A stretch of DNA of 64,000 bases from Eledone cirrhosa (GCA_964016885.1 CAXHJY010000886.1:1-64000), one strand, 5' to 3'. Shown: positions 53,201 to 62,174, counted from the first letter of the stretch. Numbers and translations: made by a program. The notes: generated by a model not told the origin, from the letters alone.

Positions 53201-54487
53201 TTCAGTATAATACGCCTTCAGTATAATACGCCTTCAGTATAATACGCCTTCAGTATAATACGCCTTCAGTATAATACGCCTTCAGTATAATACGCCTTCA
53301 GTATAATACGCCTTCAGTATAATACGCCTTCAGTATAATACGCCTTCAGTATAATACGCCTTCAGTATAATACGCCTTCAGTATAATACGCCTTCAGTAT
53401 AATACGACTTCAGTATAATACGACTTCAGTATAATACGACTTCAGTATAATACGACTTCAGTATAATACGACTTCAGTATAATACGACTTCAGTATAATA
53501 CGCCTTCAGTATAATACGCCTTCAGTATAATACGCCTTCAGTATAATACGCCTTCAGTATAATATGCCTTCAGTATAATACGACTTCAGTATAATACGAC
53601 CCCTATTTCTGAAGCTAAGAAGATAGAATCATGGGAATAAATGACATCCTTATGTATAATACAATGTTCTCTGGCAAAATATTGATACACATACATTTCA
53701 CTATATTATTCAGTTTTCTCATGAGGTTAAAGAATGCAAAATAATCAAATGTTTAGTATTTTGTGTTGAAGCAATCACTGAGTGTATTTGCAATCTTGCC
53801 ACTTGAAATGAATATTTTTAAGCTCAGTAAAAATTTCTGAAAACATGTACTCAAGTATAATATACCCTCGTTTTTGCCTTTAATTTTAGTTTAAGATTTA
53901 TATTATACATGAGAAAATATTGTAAAGTAAATATGAATACCATATCCTCTCTTTTTCTCTACACCAGTGATTTCCAAATTGAGCTCCATGAATAAATTCT
54001 GGAGCTTTGCAAAGTAAGTTCTGTGAATAAATTTTAGAGCTTTGCAAGATATATTTTTTTTAATATAAATAAATTCTCTCCCCATAACATTTTTTTTTTG
54101 TTTCATGTCTTCAAGGTCTTATTAAAATTAGGGTGGTATGGATTTTTCATTTAATGCAGCCATGGGTTCCACTGTTTTTGGAAAATTATATAAGGGTTCT
54201 GCAATTTCCAGACAAAATAAATTTAGGAACCACTGTTCTACACTATATTAAGAAAATAGGAGCATGGTTAGTTTTCCTATTTTCCTTTTATGCTCTCTTG
54301 GTGAAAGAAATTTGATGCTCTAGTATAGGCAAGTGAAACAGTATCATTTCTCAGTAATTCATTTAAAAAATAAATAGTGATGGTTACTTACAAGAAGAAC
54401 CCAAAGATGGATTTGCTTTGCTGTTATACCAGCCATCAAATCTCTGGCGTTGAATGTCTTTCTTGGTATTATTGAATGTGATCACTG
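5515..54487 (-). CDS. DUOX: Dual oxidase (DUOX-family NADPH oxidase), 26 traced coding exons, partial at both ends
   Basis: Spliced translation gives DUOX architecture in order: [73 protein letters not shown]-hands, [32 protein letters not shown]...ILHGS. All introns are GT-AG with matching phases. Confidence 0.95.
6199..6523. mobile_element. TA-flanked MITE with about 100-bp imperfect TIRs (Tc1/mariner-like ends)
   Basis: ta|CAGTGAATATT...ctggggtcgatgattaggta...catgtaaccat mirrored by atggttacatg...tacctaatcattgaccccag...AATATTTACTG|ta. Confidence 0.8.
6824..7279. mobile_element. MITE family A copy interrupted by a SINE
   Basis: TTAA-CCCTT and AAGGG-TTAA ends; internal SINE 7016-7232. Confidence 0.8.
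7016..7232 (-). mobile_element. tRNA-derived SINE with 18-bp TSD
   Basis: B-box-like gagttcaaatccc and core gcctttcatcct..ggggtcgataaaataaagtaccagt on minus strand; TSD ctgtgaaaatataatatt at 6998-7015 and 7233-7250. Confidence 0.88.
7328..7377 (-). CDS. DUOX: DUOX exon 25
   Basis: [17 protein letters not shown]; phase 2/1. Confidence 0.92.
7443..7860 (-). mobile_element. Two tandem copies of the same SINE family
   Basis: Same core twice; direct repeat acagacatttaataat at 7427-7442 and 7657-7672. Confidence 0.85.
8171..8261 (-). CDS. DUOX: DUOX exon 24
   Basis: [29 protein letters not shown]; phase 1/2. Confidence 0.92.
10689..10896. mobile_element. MITE family A copy
   Basis: ttaa|gcctttagcattta...taaatgttaaaggg|ttaa. 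Confidence 0.8.
10946..11176 (-). CDS. DUOX: DUOX exon 23 (ferric reductase-like TM domain)
   Basis: [30 protein letters not shown]...[10 protein letters not shown]...[20 protein letters not shown]; phase 1/1. Confidence 0.96.
11505..11832 (+). mobile_element. Two tandem 5'-truncated SINE copies
   Basis: gccatgcttt..gagttcaaatcc..tttcat..acgggg..ataaaataaagcaccagta..agtagaaacaattat, twice. Confidence 0.85.
12134..12333 (-). CDS. DUOX: DUOX exon 22 (NOX TM1)
   Basis: [11 protein letters not shown]...[30 protein letters not shown]; phase 2/1. Confidence 0.92.
12843..14010 (-). mobile_element. Cluster of related retro-element pieces (RTE-like) bounded by (CA)n/(CATA)n
   Basis: 12920-13150 resembles 13625-13830 and 19135-19243; 13290-13460 resembles 13870-14005. 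Confidence 0.6.
14085..15132 (+). mobile_element. 3' fragment of RLE-type (R4/Dong-like) non-LTR retrotransposon
   Basis: [23 protein letters not shown] (CCHC), [19 protein letters not shown]; stops and frameshift; followed by 3' UTR and (CATA)n. Confidence 0.88.
15219..18705 (+). mobile_element. Near full-length degraded R4/Dong-like non-LTR retrotransposon (RT + CCHC + restriction-like endonuclease)
   Basis: [75 protein letters not shown]; several frameshifts and stops. Confidence 0.93.
18716..19243 (-). mobile_element. Two tandem LINE-type 3' ends with C2H2-like remnant, 3' hairpin and (TATG)n tail
   Basis: Minus-strand [15 protein letters not shown]; duplicated unit 18716-18900 and 18921-19106; tails read (CATA)n on +. 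Confidence 0.7.
19920..20185 (-). mobile_element. SINE (tRNA-like head, tgtgttcttga..aa core)
   Basis: Minus-strand ggttcgattcctggacagggcgatatgttgtgttcttg; similar to 34826-35000 and 40500-40655. Confidence 0.65.
20377..20472. repeat. 23-bp tandem repeat, about 4 copies
   Basis: Unit tattactgtaccgattgtgttgt. Confidence 0.9.
20731..20793 (+). ncRNA. Minimal type I hammerhead ribozyme motif (Penelope-like element type)
   Basis: attttat-CTGATGA-aagcgta..taccctt-GAAA-tatata-TA-ataaaat; perfect 7-bp stem I, stem II with 1 mismatch, palindromic stem III. Confidence 0.6.
22176..22206 (-). CDS. DUOX: DUOX exon 21, 31-nt micro-exon
   Basis: PKECFPGKR; tttacAG acceptor and GTAAGT donor; bridges phase 1 to phase 2 as the neighbours require. 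Confidence 0.72.
23241..23416 (-). CDS. DUOX: DUOX exon 20 (EF-like 3)
   Basis: [58 protein letters not shown]; phase 2/1. Confidence 0.9.
24432..25545 (-). mobile_element. Degraded RTE-clade LINE 3' portion
   Basis: Reverse complement of the 3500-4500 family, including the (GAT)n tail at 24432-24447. Confidence 0.85.
25716..25809 (-). CDS. DUOX: DUOX exon 19 (EF-hand 2)
   Basis: [32 protein letters not shown]; phase 1/2. Confidence 0.93.
26724..27183. repeat. 15-bp minisatellite, about 30 copies
   Basis: Unit aaaggtttgttagta, switching to taaggtttgttagta near 27025. Confidence 0.98.
27340..27584. mobile_element. TTAA-flanked MITE family B
   Basis: cctt(t)..atacca...tggtaacaaaaggg|ttaa; related copies near 27968, 47970, 49420, 52500, 54573 and 57305. 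Confidence 0.7.
27625..27760 (-). CDS. DUOX: DUOX exon 18 (EF-hand 1)
   Basis: [45 protein letters not shown]; phase 0/1. Confidence 0.94.
28752..28832 (-). CDS. DUOX: DUOX exon 17
   Basis: [27 protein letters not shown]; phase 0/0. Confidence 0.85.
29034..29980 (+). repeat. 49-bp minisatellite (about 16 copies) amplified from an RTE 3' UTR unit, followed by the RTE/SINE 3' end
   Basis: Unit gtaggtatcacaacaaaaaagcacccagtccacattgtaaagtggtcgt; continues into gtgttaggaagggcatccagc...gacgttaaacgatgatgatg. Confidence 0.93.
30030..30190 (-). mobile_element. tRNA-derived SINE
   Basis: Same core as 7016-7232. Confidence 0.85.
30237..30422 (-). CDS. DUOX: DUOX exon 16
   Basis: [13 protein letters not shown]...[26 protein letters not shown]; phase 0/0. 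Confidence 0.9.
31622..31821 (-). CDS. DUOX: DUOX exon 15 (PH-like region)
   Basis: LEWIEYPDS...[12 protein letters not shown]; phase 1/0. Confidence 0.9.
32613..32741 (-). CDS. DUOX: DUOX exon 14
   Basis: [42 protein letters not shown]; end of TM plus basic stop-transfer residues; phase 1/1. Confidence 0.85.
33128..33308 (-). mobile_element. tRNA-derived SINE
   Basis: Same core as 7016-7232; flanking direct repeat aaaaatattcata. Confidence 0.85.
33817..33951 (-). CDS. DUOX: DUOX exon 13 (start of first TM helix)
   Basis: [44 protein letters not shown]; phase 1/1. Confidence 0.92.
35187..35290 (-). CDS. DUOX: DUOX exon 12
   Basis: [34 protein letters not shown]; phase 2/1. Confidence 0.88.
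36628..36803 (-). CDS. DUOX: DUOX exon 11
   Basis: [33 protein letters not shown]...[15 protein letters not shown]; phase 0/2. Confidence 0.94.
37215..37387 (-). CDS. DUOX: DUOX exon 10
   Basis: [57 protein letters not shown]; phase 1/0. Confidence 0.93.
39274..39376 (-). CDS. DUOX: DUOX exon 9
   Basis: [34 protein letters not shown]; phase 0/1. Confidence 0.92.
39560..41460 (+). mobile_element. Highly degraded RTE LINE (APE endonuclease to start of RT) with nested SINE at about 40325-40655
   Basis: [36 protein letters not shown] remnants; ends aaattagatgagatggagtttggttttgt as at 45252. Confidence 0.75.
41604..41664 (-). CDS. DUOX: DUOX exon 8
   Basis: [20 protein letters not shown] (LRxCNxxW motif); phase 2/0. 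Confidence 0.9.
43299..43395 (-). CDS. DUOX: DUOX exon 7 (proximal-His region)
   Basis: [33 protein letters not shown]; tttgttAG acceptor; phase 1/2. Confidence 0.88.
43518..43685. mobile_element. Short MITE with about 25-bp TIRs (pogo/Tc1-mariner-like)
   Basis: ta|ccatatttcctggagccgaagac...gttttcgacgccaggaaatacgg; right TA duplication not intact. Confidence 0.7.
45150..46545 (+). mobile_element. Degraded RTE-clade LINE (RT with internal deletion, PHD-like Cys cluster, 3' tail)
   Basis: [21 protein letters not shown] fused to [34 protein letters not shown]; ends ggacgtaaaatgatgatgatg. Confidence 0.9.
46715..46795. repeat. (CA)n microsatellite
   Basis: About 40 CA units. Confidence 0.98.
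47011..47225. mobile_element. MITE family A, best-preserved copy
   Basis: ttaa|CCCTTTAGCATTTA...TAAATGCTAAAGGG|ttaa; perfect 14-bp TIR. Confidence 0.88.
47254..47314 (-). CDS. DUOX: DUOX exon 6
   Basis: [20 protein letters not shown]; phase 0/1. Confidence 0.92.
48264..48427 (-). CDS. DUOX: DUOX exon 5
   Basis: [30 protein letters not shown]...[15 protein letters not shown]; phase 1/0. Confidence 0.93.
49629..49836 (-). CDS. DUOX: DUOX exon 4
   Basis: [32 protein letters not shown]...PTKYW; phase 0/1. Confidence 0.94.
50866..51053 (-). CDS. DUOX: DUOX exon 3
   Basis: [62 protein letters not shown]; phase 1/0. Confidence 0.93.
52244..52405 (-). CDS. DUOX: DUOX exon 2
   Basis: [54 protein letters not shown]; phase 1/1. 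Confidence 0.92.
52888..53599. repeat. 16-bp minisatellite, about 44 copies
   Basis: Unit tacgccttcagtataa with tacgacttcagtataa variants. Confidence 0.98.
54392..54487 (-). CDS. DUOX: DUOX exon 1 (first traced), start of peroxidase-homology domain
   Basis: [31 protein letters not shown]; ttttaacAG acceptor (alternative CAG 3 nt inside); GTAAGT donor. Confidence 0.9.
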
Positions 54488-54572
54488 CTGTTAAAAGAAA
54501 TTAAATTACTACATATTGTAAAGAGGAAAAGACAAAAACAGAGAAATAGCAAGGGAACATACGATTATTTAA

Positions 54573-54775
54573 CCTTTTTGATACCAAACTTCCTGAAACT
54601 ATCCCTGGTTCTATGACACAAAACTATTTTAATGTTTTTATATTTATCTAAAACTTTCTATCATTATTCTATAAGAACATTGAAGTCGTGTTCCAAGTGC
54701 TGGTTTAATAATGAGAAAATCATATTGCAAAATCACTTCAAGGCAGTGTTTTTCATAAATATGGTAACAAAAGGG
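54573..54775. mobile_element. MITE family B copy
   Basis: ttaa|cctttttgatacca...tggtaacaaaaggg|ttaa. Confidence 0.75.
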
Positions 54776-56289
54776 TTAATAATGTATTAAGAAGAAGCAA
54801 TGAACTGGAAAGGGGCAAAGCACATTGGTATAAACACTTCTAGTGGGAGTTTTCATCTAATTGCTTAGATAATTGCAGTTAATCAAATTTTTTCAATTTA
54901 CCCTAATACATATGTGAGACTCAAAGTTCATCATCATCACCATTTTACATCTTTTTTCTATACTTGCATGGGTCAGATGAATTGTAGCATTATGCAACTG
55001 GACTGGTCAAATGACTGTCTTCACATGCAAAATATTTCCTTGAGATATTTTCCTTCAGCCATATTGTTGATATTCATAATCAGCATCATTACACTCCCTC
55101 TAGTTCATAAAATAGATTGATCACTATAGTCTTACCAACTGAGTAGAAAATGATTCAATAATGAGGTCTAATGAGGCAGAAACATGTCCATTTTCCCCCA
55201 GTTGGCTCTAAATACCAGATCCGTTTCAATCTTCATTGTTTATATTGTCTAACACTTTATCTAAGGTACCACGCTTCATTATATTTAGATTTTAAACTCC
55301 TGTAGAGGGAATTTTTCACAACTAATTACTTGATTAATTTTAATATATTACATATCTTAAAGACGTTTCTATACACCAGCATATATCACCTCAATATGTC
55401 CAAGTGTCATTTATCTGACCAGCTAAATGCACAAATTAAAGTTTTTGGTCCTTTTCCTCAAAATAAGTTTTTTTTATTTTTATCATACATTGCAATTATT
55501 TAAAAGGTTTCCAATGAATAGGTCCTTGCTTCACAACATTTATGACAGTGAAAGAAAAAAAAAGAATGTCTGCAACTTGGTGCAGAGTTAATATCATAAT
55601 GGCCTTCTTTTGAAGAGCACCAGATTTCCAGTTTCCTTGCTGATTTTTACATTTTTCACTGAAATGTATAACTTTATGAACACACATATGATAGACTCCC
55701 ACCTATCAAATTACATTGTAATAGAATTGGAATTGGAACCTAGTTTCTAAGTGAATTTCTTAAACCACACAACCTTACTTGTACATTAATTCAACTAACT
55801 GATTCTATCACCATGTTTTAAAATTCTTTTGTTACTATAAATACGAAAATAAAACAATGAAATTTGTAACCTGGGAGCTATAATTCACCTCTGTTTATGG
55901 GGATTAGCCATTATCTGTAAATGGGTGTGTATCTTCATTTATTAGGTTAAATAGGAAAATCTATAACTTGTCCTGTGTCAAGAAAAATAGTTGTAGGAAT
56001 AGGATTATTATCTAAAGAGTTTAAAATAATCTAAAACCAAATATGAGTACATCAAAATGGCTGTTGTACTGCTTAATGGAATCAGAAACCATGGCTACAC
56101 ATAATAAATTATCCTTATCAGAGCTAATAGAAAGGCTTCCTTGTTTCCTGATTTGATTATTTTGAAATGAATAAAGGAAAACATTCAAAACATTCACTCC
56201 TTTGCTGGGAGAAAATATCAAAAGTAAATCAAATAAGTTTTGACTTATCTGATCATCTTGTGTCCACAAGAGTGTCAGTTACAAAGCTT

Positions 56290-57175
56290 GGCTAGATGTG
56301 GCTCTGCCACAGCTGAACACATTGATGTCCTTTCTCATTAAATTCTGCCAAGTCCAATGCTGTGCAAGAGTGTTCCAGTAGGGGACATATCAGGAGGTGC
56401 TGCATAGTCTGTGGTTTGATACCGCAGCCACACACAACGTCTCCATTTTGCAAGAGTGACTTTTGCACATCAAACACCAGATCTTAGTCTATTTAGACAT
56501 TTGCACACTGCATAGTTTGTATTTGCTCCAGGGGGAAGTGCCTCGCTTGGCTTTAGCTCCATTGTTACTGGTGGGAGGTTAAGTTTTTCTTCCCAGCAAG
56601 TGACTCTTTCACTACTTATGCTTGATGTTCCAAGGGGCATGATGCTCCTTAGGAAACTTTTTCTGGATTTAAGACAGCTTTTGGCTGGCACATAGCTGAA
56701 GAGAGGATGTTTTTGATCTATAGTCTGTTGTTGACTCTTTCTTGCTTGCTGCACTTCGTCGTATCTCTGGTGGGGCTATGCCTGCCAGGATTTACAGATG
56801 GTCTGTAGGTGTAGATTTCAGGCAGCCTGTGATGAGACGGCAGCTAGCATTGAGGGTGGGATCTAGCTTCTGGACATGGACAGCTCGTTCCCATACTAGG
56901 CATACATACTCGGCAACTGAATAGCAGAGACCTAGTGCAGTTGACTTTAAAGTCTGTGGGTTTGCACTCCAGGTTGTGCCAGTGAGCTTGTGCATGATAA
57001 TGTTCCTCACATTCACTTTGTCTTCTCAATGTGGAAGTTGAAAGAGAGACACCCATCCAGAGTTACACCTAGATAGACTGGGTGCTCACAGTGTTCAAGA
57101 GGGTTTCCTGACCAGTTGACCTTCAGTTGGCACTTGGCTTCATGGTTTCGCAGGTGGAAGGCATGTACCTGCATC
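56290..57175 (-). mobile_element. Degraded non-LTR retrotransposon 3' part (RTEX-like)
   Basis: YLGVTLD remnant, KLTGTTWSA..LCYSVAEY..CRLITGCLKST, LNRLRSGV, CGCG..QTMQHLLICP. Confidence 0.8.
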
Positions 57176-57862
57176 TTAGATGGATTTACATGCAGGTGAC
57201 TCTCTTATGGTTACTTTTTATGACAAAATATTTGTGACCTCACAGAAACATGGCATTAACATTAATACAAAATATCAAGTACAATCTTCTGTAAGAGTTC
57301 AGCTTAACCCTTTCATTAACATATTTCTAATGAAAGACACTGCCAATGATCTTCAAATAATTATGAAAATAGTCAAGAAATTGAAGGGGTTTAGTAATAT
57401 AACTTTCTTATTAAGCTTGTACTTGAAACAAAGATTATACATAAAGTTATAATGGAAGTTTTTTCTCTTAGATAAATATAAACACTTAAAATTAAAGTTT
57501 AAAATAAACAGTTTTCCAAAGAATCATAGCAGTTTCAGTTGATATTGAAAGGGTAAACAAAAGCTGAAAAGTTTGGAATTTATCAACTGATTTTAATCAC
57601 TAGATTTGACGCAATTACGTTTGAATATGCATTCACTAAATATTAACACCATTAATTAGTGCGTGAAGATTTACTTAGTATATCCTTCCCTACCTATGAG
57701 AAAATTAGCTCAAATCACTGAAGCAAGACTTGATAATTAAAAGTATTTTATAAAATGTCTCCCCCCACCCACCCCTATCTCTCTCCTGAGTTCCAATTTG
57801 ACTAGAGACAACTTTGTTTTTCATAGATTTAGGTTATGATAAACTGGTTGATACAATTAAAG

Positions 57863-58285
57863 GTATTTTGTGTGTAATTAAAAGGACTTATAACCTTATA
57901 CAAGTTTCTGATGTTTGCTTTATTTAGTGCTCATACAAAAGTATTTTGTGTGTAATTAAAAGGACTTATAACCTTATACAAGTTTCTGATGTTTGCTTTA
58001 TTTAGTGCTCATACAAAGGTATTATAGTGTGTAATGGTGGATTGGCAGTATTGGTAGAGGGTCGGACGCCATGCTTTCCAGCATAGTTACGTCCCTTTAC
58101 GATCTGAGTTCAAATCCCGCCGAGGTTGACTTTGCCTTTCATCCTTACGGGGTCGATAAAATAAAGTACCAGTAATGCACTGGGTAAATGCTGGCCTTGT
58201 GCCTAAAGTAGAAACAATTATAGTGTGTAATTAAAAGGACTTATAACCTTATATAAGTTTCTGTTGCTTACTTTATTTAGTGTTC
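57863..58285. repeat. 78-bp tandem repeat (3 units), third unit interrupted by a SINE
   Basis: Units start at 57863, 57941 and 58019. Confidence 0.88.
58036..58216 (+). mobile_element. Apparently full-length tRNA-derived SINE with 15-bp TSD
   Basis: A-box-like tggcagtattgg, B-box-like gagttcaaatccc; TSD attatagtgtgtaat at 58021-58035 and 58217-58231. Confidence 0.9.
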
Positions 58286-58522
58286 TGTGCTCCATTACAA
58301 TCACTGGAAGGGTTAAGCCGGGGAAAGTTATGTCTTAGATAAAGTCCAGTGTAAGTGCATTGTTAGAAACTACAAAGTATTTGACCACAATATAACAGGT
58401 TGTTGATGCAATAAGTTGCAACTTGTTTAAAAATATAAACTACATTTGTAGAAGTGTTGACAAAAAAATATATTGATGCTGGATTTTAACTGATCCAATA
58501 ATAAATGTTTATTATCAGATTA

Positions 58523-60306
58523 CACCGTGTAACAAAAAAAATTTTTTTCTCTGTTCCTGGCTTGTAATCACTGTTTTTGTGTTGCTTAGATCACTGTTTT
58601 TGTGTTGCTTAGATCACTGTTTTTGTGTTGCTTAGATCCCAAATAAATAAAAAAAAGTGCTATTAAACAGTTAAAAGTTTGGGTTTGTAAAAATTCTAAG
58701 CTATTCACTAGAATTATTTGTATGCTGGATTTTACGTTGTATGTAAGTTTAATTTGCTTATGTTAAATGATTTTTTTATATATGTTTCAGGTTAAATTAA
58801 AATTATAAAATAAAGAGTAATACCTAAAGAAAATTATAAAAGTGCAATAAAGTATAAAATTGTTAAAAAGTGGATTAAAGAGATTTATTGATACTGGATT
58901 TTCACACCCTGAATAAAGGGTAAGTTGTGTTTTAAGCATTCGTCTCCAGGATGAAGCAGTGGAACTTGGTCAAGGAGGAAGTGCAAGTGACAAGTCAGAG
59001 AAGTCGACACAAACCTTTCTCAGGCTTTTACACTCTTAGGGATGGCCTCTGCTTCTGCCATGACGTGCCTGGACTGTTTGATGTTATTGGGGTGCCGTTT
59101 GTGCCCAAGGAGTGGCGGCTATTTATAGACAGCTCCACCACAAGTTTGAAGGCTATCCTCCTCCACAATGGAAACAAGTTCCCGACACTGCCCCTAGCTC
59201 ATTCAGTCTGCCTGAAGGAAGATTACTACAGTGTGAAAGTCCTCTTGGAAGCTCTGCAATACAACCAGTACAATTGGGAAATCATTGGAGACTTCAAGAT
59301 GGTGGCTTTCCTGCTTGGACTCCAAGGAGGCTTTATCAAATTCCAATGCTTCCTCTGCCTTTGGGACAGCAGAGCCACCTCTGACCACTACAAAAGAAAG
59401 AACTGGGAGCAGCGAACAGAATTTGTAGTTGGGACCTGGAATGTCATGTGGGAGTCACTGGTTGATCCCAGGATTGTGCTCATGCCGCCACTGCACATTA
59501 AGTTGGGGTTGATGAAGCAGTTTGTGAAGACTCTCAACCAAGAATCAGCCACTTTTAAGTACCTTCTTGAGTTATCTGAGGCCAAAATCAAAGGTGGAAT
59601 TTTTTTTGGACCTCAGATAAAGAAGGTGTTTGAGTCTACCAAGTTCTCCAATAAGCTCAATAGGATTGAGAGAACAGCATGGAACTGTTTCAAGGCAGTT
59701 GTTAAGGGCTTCCTGGGAAACTACAGAGCTGAAAACTACCAGCAACTTGTGCAGGATCTGATAACTGGTGCAGGCTTTTGGTGCCATGGGATGCAGGATG
59801 TCACTTAAACTCCATATACTGGACGTTCACCTGGAAAAATTAAAGATCAATATGGGTGCCTACTCAGAAGAACAAGGCAAACGATTCAACCAAGATATGA
59901 AAGAGATAGAGAGGAGGTACCAGGGCCACTACAATGAAAAACATGATAGGGGACTATATCTGGGGGTTAGTGCGAGAATCTGACCTGGACTACAACCGCA
60001 AATCCAGGAAATCCAGTCATTTCTGATGTGTATAAGTTGCTTTATAAGTGTTATTTGTTTTTACTTGTTTGCTTTTGATAAGCTTGTGTAATAAAATAAA
60101 TATATACTCTTGATTTAATTATATGAACTGATAAATTTTAAAAAAATGTGTTTTTTCTTAAAAAATATGAAAATTTCGAAATATCAAATTCCTGACCACA
60201 AACCCAAACTTCTGATTAAATAATAGTGTTTCTTTTATAATAATGGGATATAACAAACCAGGAAACGACACTTGGAACCGGGGAACAAAAAATATGTTAC
60301 ACAGTG
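58523..60306 (+). mobile_element. Chapaev3-like (CMC) DNA transposon with both termini, defective transposase
   Basis: tta|CACCGTGTAACA...TGTTACACAGTG|tta; ORF WRLFIDSS..LLHNGN..GDFKMV..CFLCLWDSRA..PPLHIKLGLMKQFVK, then frameshift to MSLKLH..SEEQGKRF. Confidence 0.8.
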
Positions 60307-60539
60307 TTATCTGTTTAAAGGAGAATATTAAGTTGACAAAGCATATCTTTAGAAACTGCCAGTTAGACCATTCTTCAGTCAGAAAACTATCAATAACTAA
60401 AGACATTGTGTTAGTTAATAATTTCATTCCAAATCACATTTTATTTCAACAAACAGATACATTATCTGTCAGAAAAGTATCCAACCTTAGGTTGGGGGAA
60501 ATATGTATTTAGTGGCTCTCAATTGCTAATCCCCTTCAA

Positions 60540-60725
60540 AGTAGGCTCTTTGTGCCTCCACAAATTTAGTTCAGTGGTCTTTCCACTGTTCAAAGCAAAT
60601 CTGGAATGGCTTCCAGCTGTGCCATCACAGTCAATATGATGATGTCCTCTTGGCTCTCAAAGCCTTTCAGTGGCATCTTTACTTTTGGGAATAACCAGAA
60701 GTCAGAATGAGCCATGTCTGGAGAC
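60540..60725 (-). mobile_element. Mariner transposase C-terminal fragment
   Basis: SPDMAHSDFWLFPKVK resembles YSPDLAPxDFxLF. Confidence 0.7.
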
Positions 60726-61361
60726 ATTAGATTGAGCAAGCTTCTATCAGTGCAGTGACTGATGTAGACACTGTCCTCCTCATCAAGGTCCTCTGTGGCC
60801 TTTATGAGCAGCATACTGAAGATGATGTGAGAGCACAGCCCTGCTTGATGCCATTTCTAATCAGGAAGGACTTTGAGCTCATCATAGCATGTGGTCTGGT
60901 CATTCTGATCTCCATGTAGATGGATGACCATATTGGGGTATTTGGCAGGAGGAATCCTAAGCATTCCTTGATCTTCCCAGACCTTTTCTGCTCTCAATAT
61001 CAAATGCTATGGAAACATCAATCAAAAGGCACCTGCTGTTATTGCAGTTTCCAACATAATGCTTGTCAGTATTACTTTCTATGTTCTGAATTACTGTCTA
61101 TTCTGGCATTAAAATTGCCAAACATGTTGATCTTGATTACAGGAGTACCCCATAAAAGGTCACATAAATCAGCATAATAATACGTGATGAGCTTAAAAGT
61201 GTAATATGTTTTTTTTTTCGGTTTCTTTTTTTTTTGGGGGGGGGGGCGAGTTGAGAGATGGATGAAGATGATGTGGTTGAAGTATTGAAGTGGTAAGTTT
61301 TCAGGCTTTGGGCAATGGAGTTTCTGATCATAAATCCAATAAGAAAAAGTTTGTTTCCTAC

Positions 61362-62174
61362 TGAGTGCAATGTCAACTCTGGATGTCGGTGAGCATGTCC
61401 AGCTAACCTCAGTCTCCTCTGTGTCACTCTGGAGCTGACTTTTGGGATGCTCCCATACAGCTCTGAGTTTTTCATCCTCAGTGTATACTGATTAATGTTC
61501 AGAGCCATCCTCAGCATTCTCGTGTAGCACCCATCCACAATCTGAGTGAGTCTCTTGGTCAGTGTCCAAGTCTCAGACCCATACAGCAGCACAGACTCCA
61601 CTACAGCAATGAAGTGGCGGATTTTCAGGTCTCTACGAAGGTCCGACTTCCACACCGATCTCAAGCTGTGGCACGCCGCCCAGGCCTTGCTTATCCTCTC
61701 AACCACATCATCCTCCGTATTCCCAATCTTTGCTCCCAAATACAGCAAGTCCTCAACCAATTCCAGTGGCTTCCAGCCTACATTAGTGATCCCCTCTGGC
61801 TTCTCAACATTCTCTACCAGATATTTTGTTTTAGTCTCATTCATTCTCAGCCCCACACTCATCGACACAGTCTCAACCTCCCGCATCAAATCCTCTGCCT
61901 ACTTCACTGTATTTGTCACCAAAACTATGTCGTCGGCAAATTCAGCATCCGATACCTTTTTCGCGCTAACTCTCCTGCTCTGAGCCGGTGCTACAGTAAA
62001 GCCAGAGTCCTGGTGTTTCTCCAGTACAAGGCGCATACAATAGTGCACTACGATGATAAAAAGGTAGGGAGCCAATGTATCTCCCTGGAGCACACCAGCC
62101 AGTATCTCAAAGAACTCTGTCATACCATCAGGTGTAATGACTTGGGCTTTGGTGTTGGTGTAGAGCAGTGATAT
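61362..62174 (-). mobile_element. Truncated RTE-type LINE RT fragment
   Basis: [40 protein letters not shown]. Confidence 0.9.

Noticed and set aside
55136-55299. Candidate first coding exon of DUOX (good AG and GTAAG sites)
   Set aside because: The frame needed to join the next exon has a TGA seven codons before the donor and no ATG. It could still be a non-coding exon.
58036-58125. tRNA gene
   Set aside because: It has only A/B-box-like motifs with no cloverleaf, and it is the head of a multi-copy SINE.
60295-60306. RAG/Transib element suggested by CACAGTG
   Set aside because: The 3-bp TTA duplication and transposase motifs fit Chapaev3. No 5-bp TSD or RAG1-like ORF was seen.
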